Below, in pieces: positions 26,540 through 39,838 of a stretch of DNA of 64,000 nt (within the stretch, counting starts at the first letter, position 1; each line of letters opens with the position of its first letter). The stretch lies in the NCBI GenBank assembly GCA_964016885.1, contig OZ024746.1, forward strand, positions 21,700,001 through 21,764,000, read 5' to 3'. The notes under the pieces were generated by a model. That model saw only the letters and a program-made list of their open reading frames with translations. It was not told the origin of the DNA and ran no database searches. This DNA is from Eledone cirrhosa. Lineage: Eukaryota. The translations under genes and the position numbers were made by a program.

Positions 26540-27240
26540 GCATGGTTGGTCTGGTCATTTTGTGGGATGAGGAGAGTAATGGCAGTTGATAACCATTGAG
26601 GTATTTCATTCCTGTTTGATATCTTCTGTAGCGCTGTTTCCAGTATTGCACCATCTATTTTGTATTGCTTTGGTTGAAATACTGGCAGTAGTCCTGCTCC
26701 AGTTCTTTTAGCCATACAGTTTGTTTGTTGAACTCATCATTTGTTTCCCATACATATCTCCAGTAGCACTCAACCTAATCTTCTGCCGGGGTGTTTCCCA
26801 TTGACACTACGATAGATTGGTTTAGGATCTCTGGCAAATAATCTAGTTAACATTTGCCGTTTATATGCTGTAGATTTGTATTTTAGTTTTCCGGCTGTGA
26901 AATGTTGTTTCTGCTGGTGTCTTTTGTGGCTGGGAAGAAGGCCGACACTGAAATATACAGATTGGCGCCTTGTATATCGTCATAAAAGGATGTGATACAT
27001 CTGAGCAGTCTGAGTAGACGTACAAACTTCTCGGGTGCAGTAAAGAGGTTCTTTCTGTTGATTAGATCAAAACCATTTGTAAGGTCAATGAAATCAACAT
27101 ACAGAGCTCATATTTGCCCCGAAAACTCTCATGACGATGACTGATCTTCCAGTTTAGAATCTGTATTGTTATTCAGGATACATGCAAGCAGTAAGAAAGT
27201 GCAGCCTGGTGGAGAGCACATGTATGAAGGTCTTCCCTAG
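26540..27240 (-). mobile_element. degraded non-LTR retrotransposon RT fragments
   Basis: EIPQWLSTAITLLIP (R4/NeSL-like RT region) near 26570-26610, and LYVDFIDLTNGFDLINR (RT motif) near 27055-27105. Confidence 0.55.
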
Positions 27241-27340
27241 AGTGCTTAGGAGAGATACACCGCGATAACAGTTACAGTCGCTGCGGTCATCTTTTGTTTT
27301 CTAGAGGACAATGATATTTCCATCTCGCATATCGCGAGAA

Positions 27341-27590
27341 TGGGGGCGCGTGGCCTAGTAGTAAGGGTGTTGGACTTACGATCATAATATTTTGGGTTGG
27401 ACTCTTGGACGGGGTTGTGTGCAAAACACTTCATTTTACGTTGCTCCAGCAATAGCTGGGGGTTTTATTCTGCGATGAACTGAGATCTTGTCCATGAGGG
27501 GTCTTGTAATTTCAGTCGCTTCACGCCACGAAACTGGGATAAGCGCTGGCCTGATGAGCCTCCAGGCTCGTGAGAGACTTTAGGTTTAGA
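27341..27590 (+). mobile_element. tRNA-derived CORE-type SINE
   Basis: Homologous to 15401-15688, with A-box tggcctagtagt. Confidence 0.75.
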
Positions 27591-27715
27591 CATATCCCGA
27601 AACACTGCTCTCTTTTACCAGCATCAACAGAGATATTTATGAAGATGGGGGAGAATATTATACAAAGTGGAATATTTGTAGTCAGATTTGTCAGAACGTC
27701 AACATTTGAATTGAA

Positions 27716-27870
27716 CGAGGGTCGGCTGAAAAGTTCATAGGCTGACTAAGATACTCTCATTGAGGTTTATTTTTCAACATAGTCTCTGGAAGGAAACAAT
27801 GGAGTTATTGATAAGAAGAGTTGAAATTAATACATGCAAGATTTCATAGTTTTAGCATCATTCCTTCATA
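27716..27870 (+). mobile_element. truncated mariner-type MITE
   Basis: Matches the left TIR and body of 35522-35720, and is cut off where a hAT-like terminus begins. Confidence 0.75.
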
Positions 27871-27872
27871 GC

Positions 27873-28830
27873 CAGTGCCGGATTTACTATTGTGCTTATG
27901 TATGCTTAAGAACAGGCCAGGGGAACCATCTTCCTGCAAAAAGAATGTGTTTACCTCCTTCAGGGCTCAATTAAAGGGCCTTATAACTTAGCTAGCACAG
28001 AGGCTCATCCTACTATATTGTTGATAGAAGCTAAAACGTAAGGGTCCAGAAAATTTCAATGAATCAAAATATTAGCATCTAATACCCCAAGTTAGTCGAA
28101 ACTTGAAAGGAGGGTACATAATGTTAGTTAGCATTTGAATTTAGCTCCTTTGGCTGTCTGAGTACGTCGTAACATAAAGGAAACCAACATTTGATCAGCT
28201 CGATCTATTGTAAGATGTTTTATTTCTTTAGATGGTTGAACTTTTCTCTCATTAAGATCCTGTATTTGAAACCCAAGTCAGAAAGGTCAAAGAAAACCAG
28301 TGAACAGAAGAAAGATTTGAAAGCACATTACCTGTCACCCGAATCTCAAAATATATTAAATTGTCTTTGCAAAATATATTAAATTGTCTTTGCTTTGTCA
28401 CGTTATGAAACATATTCTCTAAAAGATCAAAGACAAAATACTGTCCAATATATGTTAATAAAACAGCCAATTCTTGTCGAACAGACAGCATTTATCATAT
28501 GCTACCTTCAAAGAATAGATCGTGAGTTTTCTATCATTTGAAGTCTGTTAGGAGGAAAATGTGTTTGCCTTGCAAACCTAATTAAAGAACTATTGAGTAA
28601 AAATGATATTTTCCTGAGAGTTTGTAAAGATTAAATATATGGCAAGTTTGGCAATATGGCCGCCAAGTATAAGGGATTGCAAAGGATGTTACTTAATTAA
28701 AATCCCCTCGGTACTTACTCTCCATATAAGCGCTATACACTGAATGTGTAAGACACAGATTCAGTAGACTGTTGTATTTCACCAGAATCGATAATGTGCA
28801 TAAAATCTCGATGGCATCAAATTGGCAAAG
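27873..28830 (+). mobile_element. degenerate hAT element (ZMYM1-like transposase relic)
   Basis: Starts cagtgccggattta (hAT-like end). Remnants KAHYLSPESQN and NPLGTYSP...TLN...DSVDCC resemble the YLSPxxQNE and PCxxHxLNL regions. Confidence 0.6.
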
Positions 28831-29119
28831 CAGAATGTTCTGGAAATTAATCTAAAGTTAAAGAATAGAAATAAAATAACAATAACTATATACATGCATG
28901 TCCTCTATCAAATGTATCACCAGGTCATAACAGCTCCCATTAATATCAGCTCCCATTGGATTCCCAGCCAGGATGTGCCTCTGTTAGAATTGAAGTGGAC
29001 AGCACTGGAATACTCATTGAAAGTTTACAGAGCTCAATTTGATGCTCTCATGACAGTATGAAAGAACGATGAAAATAGTCATGTAAATTAAAATTAAACT
29101 ATATGTAAAGTAATGAAAT

Positions 29120-29510
29120 CCAGAACAGTATCGGTAGAGCGTCGGACAACATGCTTTGCGGCATATAGTTACGTCCATTTACGTTCTGAATTCAAATGCC
29201 GCCGAGGTTAGCTTTGCCTTACGGCGCCGATAAATTAAAGTATCAACACCGCACTGGGATCGATTTAATCAACTATCCCTTCCCCAAAAAGTTTTGGCCT
29301 TGTGCCTAAATCAGAAATTATTATTTTGATTGGCAGTATCGGTAGAGGGTCGGACGCCATGCTTTCCAGCATAGTTACGTCCCTTTACGATCTGAGTTCA
29401 AATCCCGCCGAGGTTGACTTTGCCTTTCATCCTTACGGGGTCGATAAAATAAAGTACCAGTAATGCACTGGGTAATTGCTGGCCTTGTGCCTAAAGTAGA
29501 AACAATTATT
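29120..29510 (+). mobile_element. two tandem Nin-like SINEs
   Basis: Two consecutive copies (about 29120-29325 and 29326-29510) of the family at 11320. Confidence 0.8.
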
Positions 29511-30852
29511 TTGAACATCTCTTTTTTAAAAGAATTTTCACTTTTATTTTTACTGGTCTAATAAGAATGCGATACTTTTCCATTTCAGTGGCTATACCTG
29601 TATATACTAAACAATACTTTAACTATTAAATGCGTTTTGATGAAATTTAAAATGCTGATAACATTGGTAAATAAACTTTAAATGATTTAATGACACACCG
29701 GACAACCTCTAAAAGCCCAAACGGCGAATACCATTAAAAAGGGGCCCCAAAACGGGGAGAAATGAGCAAAATGGGGAGATTTTACATAATGAAAGCTATA
29801 CCCATTTTCACAAGAAAGACATCTCTCACCCACCCCAAAGTGGGTGGTAGATCTCCCTGTCGGACAGGGAGAGTTGACAGGTCTGTAATGGACAGGTCTG
29901 TAATGAACATTAAACATTAAAAATATGAGAGTTAAAGCTTAAAGGCGTGGAATTATTTAAAATTTATAACACAAAATATCATTCCAAGTCTTTATACCTA
30001 ATTCGGCATTTTTATACAACACCAACAGTGGAGCATGGGCTGACAAAACCTCCCACAAAATAAACATGTCACGAGGCTTCCTGTCAGCCTTAGTTCCACA
30101 AACTATTAGTCGAAATATTGATTTCAAACACACACACAGATATATATATATGTGTGTGTGTGTATGTGTGTGTGTGTGAAGAGGCAGGCTATGTGGTTAC
30201 TGGAAACGAAGTGTTAGAAGGTAAACGGGGTGTAAACAAGAGAAGAAAAGTATCTTGTCCTGATCACAACTTCTATCAGTATGTTTACTTCGTTTTTTCG
30301 TCTTTTCCTTTTTTATCTTCTTCCTCTCTCATCACTATCACTTCTTTCCCTCATGGCCTTTTGATGGATAAAAGGCCATGGGCGCGCTACAGATCGATGA
30401 TCTGTTTTAAGCGCCGAAACATCTATTATCTGTAGTAAACAGCTGATGCTTTTCTTCTCTTGTTTACATCCCGTTTACCTTATATATATATAGAGAGAGA
30501 GAGACCCGTGTTTTTTCTTCAAACAATGTTCTTTTGCGTTTCTTACTCTTCTCACACTCTATCTTTCTATTTCTTCTTTTATTTCTCATTCTATATTTTT
30601 CCTACTATATCAAGCGTTAAACTAATATATTTCGTCATTGTAATATTGTAATGTGTTGTTTACTTTACTGTTTCCGTTTACTTTTCCCATACATTTATAC
30701 ATACATAGATACATACATACCTATATATATATAAAGAATGAATAATAACAGGTAGACATCATAAAAAGGTAGTTTATTCCGTGTGCTTACAAGTGTTTCC
30801 ACGGTGGTACTGCAGCCATCACAACCATCACTGCATCTTGGATAATCCTATA

Positions 30853-30909
<57 letters not shown>

Positions 30910-31778
30910 GCAAGTTTGAAGAATTATTAGATAAAATATATCCAGCCTTTCTTCACCCTAGTCCGTAGAAATCAACTAGATAAATAATCATTTAAACGAG
31001 GCTATAAGTTTAAAATGTAACTATGAAGAAATAATAGACAAATGATACAGACTATTCTCTGTGAGGAATAGTCAGATAAAATTTATCTAGTCATTCCTTT
31101 TAGCCCGTAGAAATTAACTAGACAAATAATCAATTAAATGGAGCTAGTGTCTAAAATATAAGTTAGAAGAAAAAATGCATATAAACTTTACCAAATTTTC
31201 TCTAGACCCGACTGTCGATAGTTTCGCTCGTACTTTGTGGATATGTCTAATCTTGGTATTATCCATGAGGCTTAGAGCTTATCGAGAGAACCCTCGGGTT
31301 TGGACTAAAATTTCTACAGTGATCACCGCCAAAAATGAATTCAAAAATGGCTAAGAATCATCACGTGGCTAGTGGTTAAGTTAGAAGGTTGTGAATGGTG
31401 GCCAGATGGCAGGTAGGCTGGCTGCTAGAAAGAGCAGCAAGATACCGCCTAAAGTTTTACTCTGCCGAACGGGAGTATATATTAAATTCATAGGGATATA
31501 TGTATATATTTAGACATATATTTAGACATAGTCACAGATGCATATATGAGTGTGGCTACTTTTCATGGTGTGGCTCAATGAAAAATTTAATTAAGCAAAT
31601 AATTATTAATCAGAGCTATATATAAAATTGCTCCAGATGTTTGTAGGGCCTTGTAATCTATAAAATCTACATAATTTGTTTATATAATAAATTTAACTAA
31701 GGTGGCATTTCATTTCGTTTATTACTTACTTAACTCGTTTTCACACGCACCATCATTATTCGTAAGACTTATATTATA

Positions 31779-32900
31779 CTATTGGCCCGTCCGGTTGGCG
31801 TACGGCTAGGTATACCGGCATTTTATCTTTTCAGGAATCCCCCTACACTCCAGTGCAAAGATACCGCACGCCCTCTCAAGTCAGCGAGGTGGGGGGGGGG
31901 GGGTTAACGAGCTCTGGTGATGGGTTTGAATAGTTTTTAGGATTCCCCAGTTCAGTAGCCAGTACGTTAAATAAAATTGATAGTTACAACAATAAAGACT
32001 GAACAGAGAACAAATTTTTTTAACAAACAATAATTTGTACAACCATAATGGAAATTCCAAGTAACAGATAATATTTAAATTACATTGTTAGAGTCTCAGA
32101 GTATACAATTTTTTTTTTTCGGCCCTCCGGAGCAAAGATGAAGAGATTGTTTCGCGAGCTCACCCTAGAGCATCCTACATGCAATTGACCATGGGAGAAT
32201 CACTGATTTCGTAGCCCGTCTCGCGGAGAAGCTCTGTAGACGTTGACCTCTGGACACTCCTGTCAGGAGCAGGTAAGCTATAGTGACTTAGAGGCCTACC
32301 ACCAATCTCCAGGACACTGTTTTCAAGACAAATGAGCGCCTCATTGAAAACGACATCGTATGTTACGTTTGAATTGTGTCTGCGTGTGCGGTGGAGGATG
32401 TCCTCAGCTAGACTTTCACCGTGGTTGTTCCACAGTACGAGAGGGTCGGCGAGATCGCAGTTGTGCAGCATAATAGCAAAATATTTTCGCAGCTGAGAAG
32501 GGACTTTAGCAGTTGCTGCTTCTTGCAGGGTGAGGTGCCAATGATTGTTATCGTGTGACATACCACGCATATGGTAAGCCAAACGGTAAGTGGAACATTG
32601 ATGGCCATTGATGGTTCTCAGATCTTGGAAAGACTGTGGTCCGCTAACCTCGAACAGTAACAATGACGATAAGCCGTCTGTGCTTTCGTGAAATAAGTAG
32701 GTTTTTGTTTTTGTGTAGGCAAAATTATCTGTACACGAATATATATATTAAAATAACAGATTAAAGTTTAAGCAAAGAATCGCTGCTTTCACCCTTAACG
32801 GGATCTTCTGAAACTAAAAAAATCCGTCTGTGAACGCAGAAGTAAATATTTCGAAAAACGTTATCTAATGCAGACAGCTATGTATCTATCTAAAAAGACA
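31779..32900 (-). mobile_element. internally deleted Helitron with RepHel fragments
   Basis: ORF 32175-32663 (LLFEVSGPQSFQDLRTING...WHLTLQEAA...PSQLR...PLVLW) is the Rep-helicase linker. It abuts FSHGQLHVGCSRVSS...IVYSETL (Pif1 C-terminal motif). Hairpin plus atag|t end near 31779. Confidence 0.85.
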
Positions 32901-33007
32901 GACTCAGAAAAAGAGAGGAATGTTGTGCGACATCATAAGAAAAAGTGAGGAATGACGTATAACTGGAAGTGTTGACATTTGAAATTTTAAAGAAGTGAAT
33001 ATTTAAA

Positions 33008-33192
33008 TAATTGTTTCTACTTTAGGCACAACGCCAGCAATAACCCAGTACATTACTGGTACTTTATTTTATCGACCCCGTAAGGATAAAAGGCAAAGTT
33101 AACCTCGGCGGGATTTGAACTCAGACTGTAAAGGGACGTAACTATGCTAGAAAGCATGGCGTCCGACCCTCTACCGATACTGCCAATCCACC
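33008..33192 (-). mobile_element. Nin-like SINE
   Basis: Same family as 11320. Further copies at about 36065-36225, 38280-38570, 40607-40793, 50755-50942, 56915-57330, 58541-58755 (all -) and 36552-36690, 61718-61760 (+). Confidence 0.8.
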
Positions 33193-33889
33193 ATAATGTT
33201 TTTAATCTTTTAACAAAATTCAGTAGTCAAGAATATCCTCACTTTTTTACTTGGAAAAAGTTACATCTATGGTGCAAATTTGGTACTGTTTGGTCCAGCC
33301 GTTTGGCGAAAAGTTTGTTACTTACATACGGCCGTCAGCTTTATAGTATAGATATTTAAAATAAATCAATCAGAGTAATCAATGCGATTATTCTAAAAAC
33401 GGAATTGGGTTGAAGGCAATATGGCAATAAACTTCGATGTTATCAGCTTGCATTCCCGATGTGGCAAAACAATATTTATATATGTACGAAAACGTATCTT
33501 GAAAATATTTCTACAGACAGGGAGTAACACGGCGATTGACAGACAAGATCAAGTTTAAACACGTATGTAGATGTATTTGCTTTAACGAAAGAAATCAGAT
33601 TTTTCTTAAATGTCCTATCGAAGCTGAACTTCACTACAAAACCATTTTATTTTATTGTTTAGTCATTAATCATAACCCTTTTCAGAGACTCCATGACTGG
33701 TGGGAGAGAGAAAAGTGTTCCCAAATAGGACATTTGTCCTAAATTCTTGCAGTAATACTAAAGAGATTCACAGACCAAATAGCAGTTTTAAGCAGGGTGG
33801 GGTGACGGATTAAGTGTACCACACAAGTAAGCTACAGTAAGCAAAACAAAAGAGAGTTGAAAAAGAAGAAAAAATCTATTGGCAGCAAA

Positions 33890-34600
33890 CCTATCCAGTG
33901 CATGTTAAAGATTACCTTCCGGTGAAATAAGTAGTATCAACTTGTCTGCAGATTCCAACGGACTGATCCTACATCTGCTGGTTTTGACACCATTTCCAAT
34001 CCTGCTGCGCATGTCAATCCAGTTCATACATTTTATGAATAGGAGAGATGACAAAACGCATCCTTGGCGAAATCTGACTCCCATATTGAATGATTTCGTG
34101 TTAGACCATTTATCCGAACACAAATACTAGGGCATTCGTAGTGGAACGCGGTCGTATACCATTTCGAGATCCACGAAACAAGTATACACCTCTTTGCAAT
34201 ACTCCCACGATTTCTTGAAGACCTTCCCCTGGGGGAACATTTGATCAGCTGTGCTACGTCCGGGTCGAAAACCAAACTGTTCGTCAACTAGCTTATACTA
34301 GGTAATATCCCTACATCTCTTTGAAAGACACTTAACGTAGTCTTTACTGAGGAGGCTTAACAAAGAGACTCCTCTATAATTAAACAATCTCGCTTACCTC
34401 TTTGAAAATTGGCAATATCACTCGCGATTGCCATTACTTTAATGCTTTCCAGAGATCCAGGCCACCTGGCACACAAGAGTCAGACAAAGTATACCTTCTA
34501 TAGTTAAGGTGTTTAACATCTCGGGCCGAATTGATCCTCCTCAGAGGCCTTAGCACATTTGAGCACGCTCATTGCTCTGGTGATCTTAGGCTTTAAAGGG
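33890..34600 (-). mobile_element. degraded RTE-like RT fragment
   Basis: SFNMGVRFRQGCVLSSLLF...MNWID...SADKLILL (RT motifs B and C, eroded). The probable 3' continuation is at 35735-36050. Confidence 0.7.
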
Positions 34601-34777
34601 TTAGTTTTCGTCCTTAGATACATTTCATAATTTCATTGATTGAAACGGTTGGCACTTTCCTATTCACAAGGTCTTCACATTTATTGGGATGTGACACAGA
34701 TGAAACTGCAGATAGTTTTTAGCAACGCTGTCAGGACTTCATTGTAATAATTACATGGGTATTCTTAAAGGTCTTGT

Positions 34778-34965
34778 GGAAGCGTGTGGCCTAGTGGTAA
34801 GGGTGTTGGACTTATGACCATAATGTCATGAGTTCGATTCCTGAACTGTACTGTATGTTGTATTTTTGAGCAAAACACTCTCAGTCGCTTAACACTGCGG
34901 AAACCGAGATAATTACCAGCCTGATAAGCCTCAGGGCACGAGACAGACTTTAGACTTTTGACTTA
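34778..34965 (+). mobile_element. CORE-type SINE with internal deletion
   Basis: A-box tggcctagtggt, B-box gagttcgattcc, tail agactttagacttt. Confidence 0.75.
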
Positions 34966-35521
34966 AAGGTTTTCTATAAGTTATGAAACAAAAGATGAAC
35001 ATAAACATCTTCATTAAATATTACGGTAAATAAAATATCATATTTCATAATGGTAAATATGTTGATGCTTTTTTTTTTTTAGAATTTTATTAAAATTAAG
35101 GTAGATATAGCATAGTGTACATTTATAGATATGCGGAGTGGCTGGGACTGTTTTAATTGCAATAAGTGAAGTTAATATGTTACGAAGTTAATATGTTAAT
35201 AAAAATGAATTTTCTATATTTCAATTCGTTGTGACACCACAGATATCATCGCCTAATTGCTACATATAGTGAAATACAGGACATTAGCATATTAAATATG
35301 GACAACTGATTATGATAATAATGGGAAATAGCAATACAGAACAATTTGCAGTTGCTCTAGGATAAGAAATAATCAATTTACAATCTATATTTTAAACTGA
35401 AAATTACCTCGAAAATATTACTAATTCAGCTTCAGACATGTCATTATTAACATAAGCGATGCTGATCCGAGAAAGATTTAAAATTAGAATGTAGATGAAC
35501 TAAACTAGATATAGTAAGGTA

Positions 35522-35720
35522 CGGGGGTCGGCTGAAAAGTTCATAGGCTGACCAAGATACTCTCATGGAATGATCAAATGAGGTTTATTTTTCAACATAG
35601 TCACTGGAAAGAAACAATGCAGTTATTAATAAGAAGAGTTTAAAATTAATGCATGCATGATTTCACAGCTCTAGCATCACCCCTTCAGAGTTAGCCTATG
35701 AACTTTTCAGCCGACCCTCG
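35522..35720. mobile_element. mariner-type MITE, 199 bp
   Basis: 31-bp TIRs (cgggggtcggctgaaaagttcataggctgac / gttagcctatgaacttttcagccgaccctcg, 2 mismatches) with TA on both sides. Confidence 0.9.
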
Positions 35721-36689
35721 TATTTAGTCCGACGCTACTTGCTTTAAAATCAATTCTTGTTCTTCTTCCTGGATGGGTCGTGGGGGCAAAGTCCTCAAAT
35801 ACTTCTAACAGTGGGTCCTATCAGAAGCAACCATCTCCGGTTGATATGACTGGATCCCCAAGCGAGACAATCTAAGCTCATGGCTGTTATCCAACCATCT
35901 TCTTCGGGGTCTACCCCTGGGTCCCTTGCCGGTTGGTTTTGCCCGTAAAATCTGTCCAGAGATTCTTTCCTTAGACATTCTGACATTCGGAGAAATAGAG
36001 GCTCTATCTAGAGCGACTCTCTGATCTCGGTTCGATGATTAATTTGTCGCTTTTTAAAATATTAAATTGTTCCCAGTGCATTACTGGTTCTTTATTTTAT
36101 CGACCCTGTAATGATGAAAGGAAAAGCTTAACCTCGGCGCGATTTGAACTCAGAACGTAAAGGGATGTAACTCTATGCCACAAAGCGTGTTGTCCGAGGC
36201 TCTACCGAAACTGCCAATCCACCACCCTGCACTAGACACATGCTAAGTCCTATAATATCAACAAAGAAAATGTATAAGACAAGCAGTATTGCTCTTAATT
36301 AAATTAAATTACTCTATTACAGAGTAAAATAATTACCAATACAAACTTCAATAGCGTAATTTATATTCACAGTGTCAATTGAATTCTTAATATAATTTCG
36401 AGTAATTATATTAAATTAAATTAAATTTATCGTATTGATGATTTATGTATTTTTGTTTCAGATTCTGTCCACAACATAGCAGACATAATTTCCTGACTGT
36501 CCACTGTTTGGGTTAAGAGTGACTTAGGAGCAGTGTATATCAGTTTCTATAGGGGGCGAATCGGCAGGGTCGTTACAACGTTGGATAGAGCGCTTTATGA
36601 TATTCGTTCCGGCTCTCTACTTTCTGAGTTCAAATCCCACCAAGGCCAATTTTGCCTTTCATCCTTTCGAGGATGATAAAACAATTACC

Positions 36690-36885
36690 GGTCAAATACC
36701 GGTCGCTCTCCGACAGGTTTGCGGTCGTTCCCCTGGCAGTGGAGACTTCTGGTGTCCTCGGCCCCAGGGCTACCTCCTTACTCACCTCCATAGGCGCTGA
36801 GCTGGCCAACCGCAGGAGTGAGCCCCGCGAGTTGGAGTGGCTTTTCCAGCGCGTCTCCCTTGCTGTCCGCTGGGGTTGTGCGTGG
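36690..36885 (+). mobile_element. CRE-like retrotransposon endonuclease fragment
   Basis: KYRSLSDRFAVVPLAVETSGVLGPRATSLLTSIG...EPRELEWLFQRVSLAV matches the CRE-clade RLE C-terminus. Confidence 0.8.
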
Positions 36886-37000
36886 GCCCCATCGCGTACC
36901 AATACATTAGTTAAATACCATTCTTTCATCTGATATATCTCTAAATTATATTTTGTACAATAATACTGAAGTTGATTTTTCCCCTATATCTCTTTCTCAC

Positions 37001-37090
<90 letters not shown>

Positions 37091-37505
37091 TTTCTATCTT
37101 TCTCTGGAAAAAATCTGGTGTACTCAATCTTAGAGAGGGAAGGGCTCCTCCAGGCTTAAAATGCCCCCAAAACACCGTATGTCAATACGGTGCCCTAACA
37201 ACCCCACAAGGAGTTACGCCACTATACCATACGATATGATCTCGATGCCATTCACAAGCTCTCATATTAAAATGGATTTATATATTATTCTATAATTTGA
37301 AAGATTTTCTTCTTCATTACTTCACTGTTATGGTAATTAATATTCAGAGGTCATTTAGAAACTGTTATTAGAATTAATTATCTAAATATTATAGACAAGT
37401 GCCATTAAAGTCTTACTGTGAAAAAATATGTTTATTATATCATTCAGTTTGCTATTTTATCACATACACCTATAAACATACATATTTACACACATGCACG
37501 TTCAA

Positions 37506-37560
<55 letters not shown>

Positions 37561-38134
37561 TGTGGGGGGGGGGGGGGTAGATAAATCTACCAAAATAAAC
37601 GGTAGTGTCCAATCCGTATGAAGAACTCAATGTAGTCCAAATATAGAAGATATCATGAAAAGAAAAGATGCATTCAAAAATTAATTATGAAAATCATAGG
37701 AAAATATATATATATGTAAATGGAAGTACAGCATATTCGTAGCTCGAGCCGCAGCTAAGCCGACGAATCCATTCAGAAGTGCAGCCAACCACTCGACAAG
37801 GTATAAAACCTCAGAGTAATAACATACCGTTTAAAGGGCTTTGAAGAAAGAGACCGGTAATTCAGCCGCGAGGTCCGTAGCAACGAAAGAATGACTCGCG
37901 AGAAAAAATACACACATATATATATATAGGGAGTGTAACTTGGAGTTACTGCAGGTTCACCGGGGTGAGCACTCGATGTTTTCCACTAGCATTTTAAAGG
38001 GTCCGTCGAGCTGCCGATTATAGAGTCGGGTAAGATCGATACAGATCGAACCTTGAGCTGATCAGTGGCGAAACGCGCGTCACCTACCAATAAATGTAAT
38101 GAAGGAGTAACAAATCGTCCTTGTTATCCTTTCA

Positions 38135-38169
<35 letters not shown>

Positions 38170-39802
38170 TCAGAATTATACCAGTTTTAAACTAGTAAGA
38201 CCATTATTCAGCAGTTTACTCGATACTTGGGATAGTAGAGTGTAAATATTTAAGAGGGACGGGATCTGACGGCTGTATGGCAAAGTTAACCTCGGCGGGA
38301 TTTGAACTCAGATCTTAAAGGGACGTAACTATGCTGGAAAGCATGTCCGACCCTCTACCGATACTGCCGTGAGCTAATAATAATAATAATTGTTTCTACT
38401 TTTGACACAATGCCAGTAATTATCGCAGTGCATTACTGGTATTTTATTTTATCGACCGCGTATGGATGAAAGGCAAAGTTAACCACGGCGGGATTAGAAC
38501 TCAGACCTTAAAAGGCCGTAACTCTTTACTGCAAAACATGGCGTCCGATCCTCTAGCGATACTGCCAATCCTAATAATACACGTGTATAATATATATATA
38601 CTTAATCTTCCAACCCCAGAGCTGTAATGGATGCTCTGATTAATATTTTCCCCTTTCTGGACCCTCATTTGGGTCCCAAAATACGCAAACTTCGAACGTC
38701 AATCACATACCTCCTAAGACAGGAGGCTCACAACCATCATCAGTCTTTCCTGCATTACATGGGGACTGTAATTTATTTTTTCGATGGGCCGTTCTAACTG
38801 AGTCCCGAACATGTCTTTTGATACTCCACGCAACGAACGTTGTGGTGTAATTTTTGCAACCTGACCGTACTGCAGTTATTTGAACCATTCTCCAAATTAG
38901 TAGTTTCCTCAGATCTGCGAACACTAGGCATTTTTACTATTGGTTTTCTCTCACCCCGTCGGTGGAACTAGGAGGCATGGGTCTATGCCCCCTCCCAATA
39001 ATCATATTTTTCTCCCCAAACTACCAAAACACACATCTATTTGGATATGCGCTACAATTTATGTACATGTTATGTTTATCACATATCGAAGTTTTCTGAC
39101 CATTTTAGAGTGCAAAGGAATAAACTAATCACTACAACTAAATTGACCAAATTTGCACACCCCACCACCACCACCACCACAACCCCAATTCAGAAATGCT
39201 TCCACCACCCCTGGTTCTTTCTCTCAAGCAGGGTGCGAACGAATACTGGAGAGTGCTTACAACTGGATTATAAAGTTAACACCATTTTATTATATAATCT
39301 CAACTTCACCGAATCTGTTCTGCTCACGTCTATTCTATTTTCTAATTATTGGGGTTATACCTTTACTTATCCATCTGTCTGTCTTTCACTCCGTATGTCT
39401 GTCTTGCTGTCTGCTTGTTTCACTTTCTCTCCTCCCTCTCTTTCCCCTCTTCTTTCTCTCTCTCACTTTCTACCTCTCTCACTCTCACACACTCTCTTTC
39501 GTTCAATATATTTATCTAGCGCTGTCTCTCTCTCACTATTCCCGCTTCTCACTCTCCCTTCGTAAACACTCAAATACATGCACATGCATATACATTTAAA
39601 CACATATAAACACACACACACACACGCACACACACACACGCACACACACACACACACACACACATATACATATATATATGTATGTATGTATAAATATATA
39701 TATATACATGTATAAATACATATATATATATGTATATATATTTATATAAATATATATTAATATATATATATATATACATGTATGCATGTATATATGCATA
39801 TA

Positions 39803-39838
<36 letters not shown>

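Noticed and set aside
27552-27575. CTGATGA-gcct/aggc in a SINE tail
   Set aside because: It is part of the SINE 3' stem-loop and lacks GAAA and a cleavage triplet.
32770-32815. CAGAAGA-tccc/ggg-GAAA on the minus strand in the Helitron-shared block
   Set aside because: There is no UH site closing stem III and no stem I.
38020-38135. GAAA-CGCGCG-TC plus AATAAA, resembling a PLE terminus (similar half-motifs at about 30417, 30790 and 43240)
   Set aside because: The CUGANGA half of the core is not recognisable. These are possibly decayed ribozymes and were not called.
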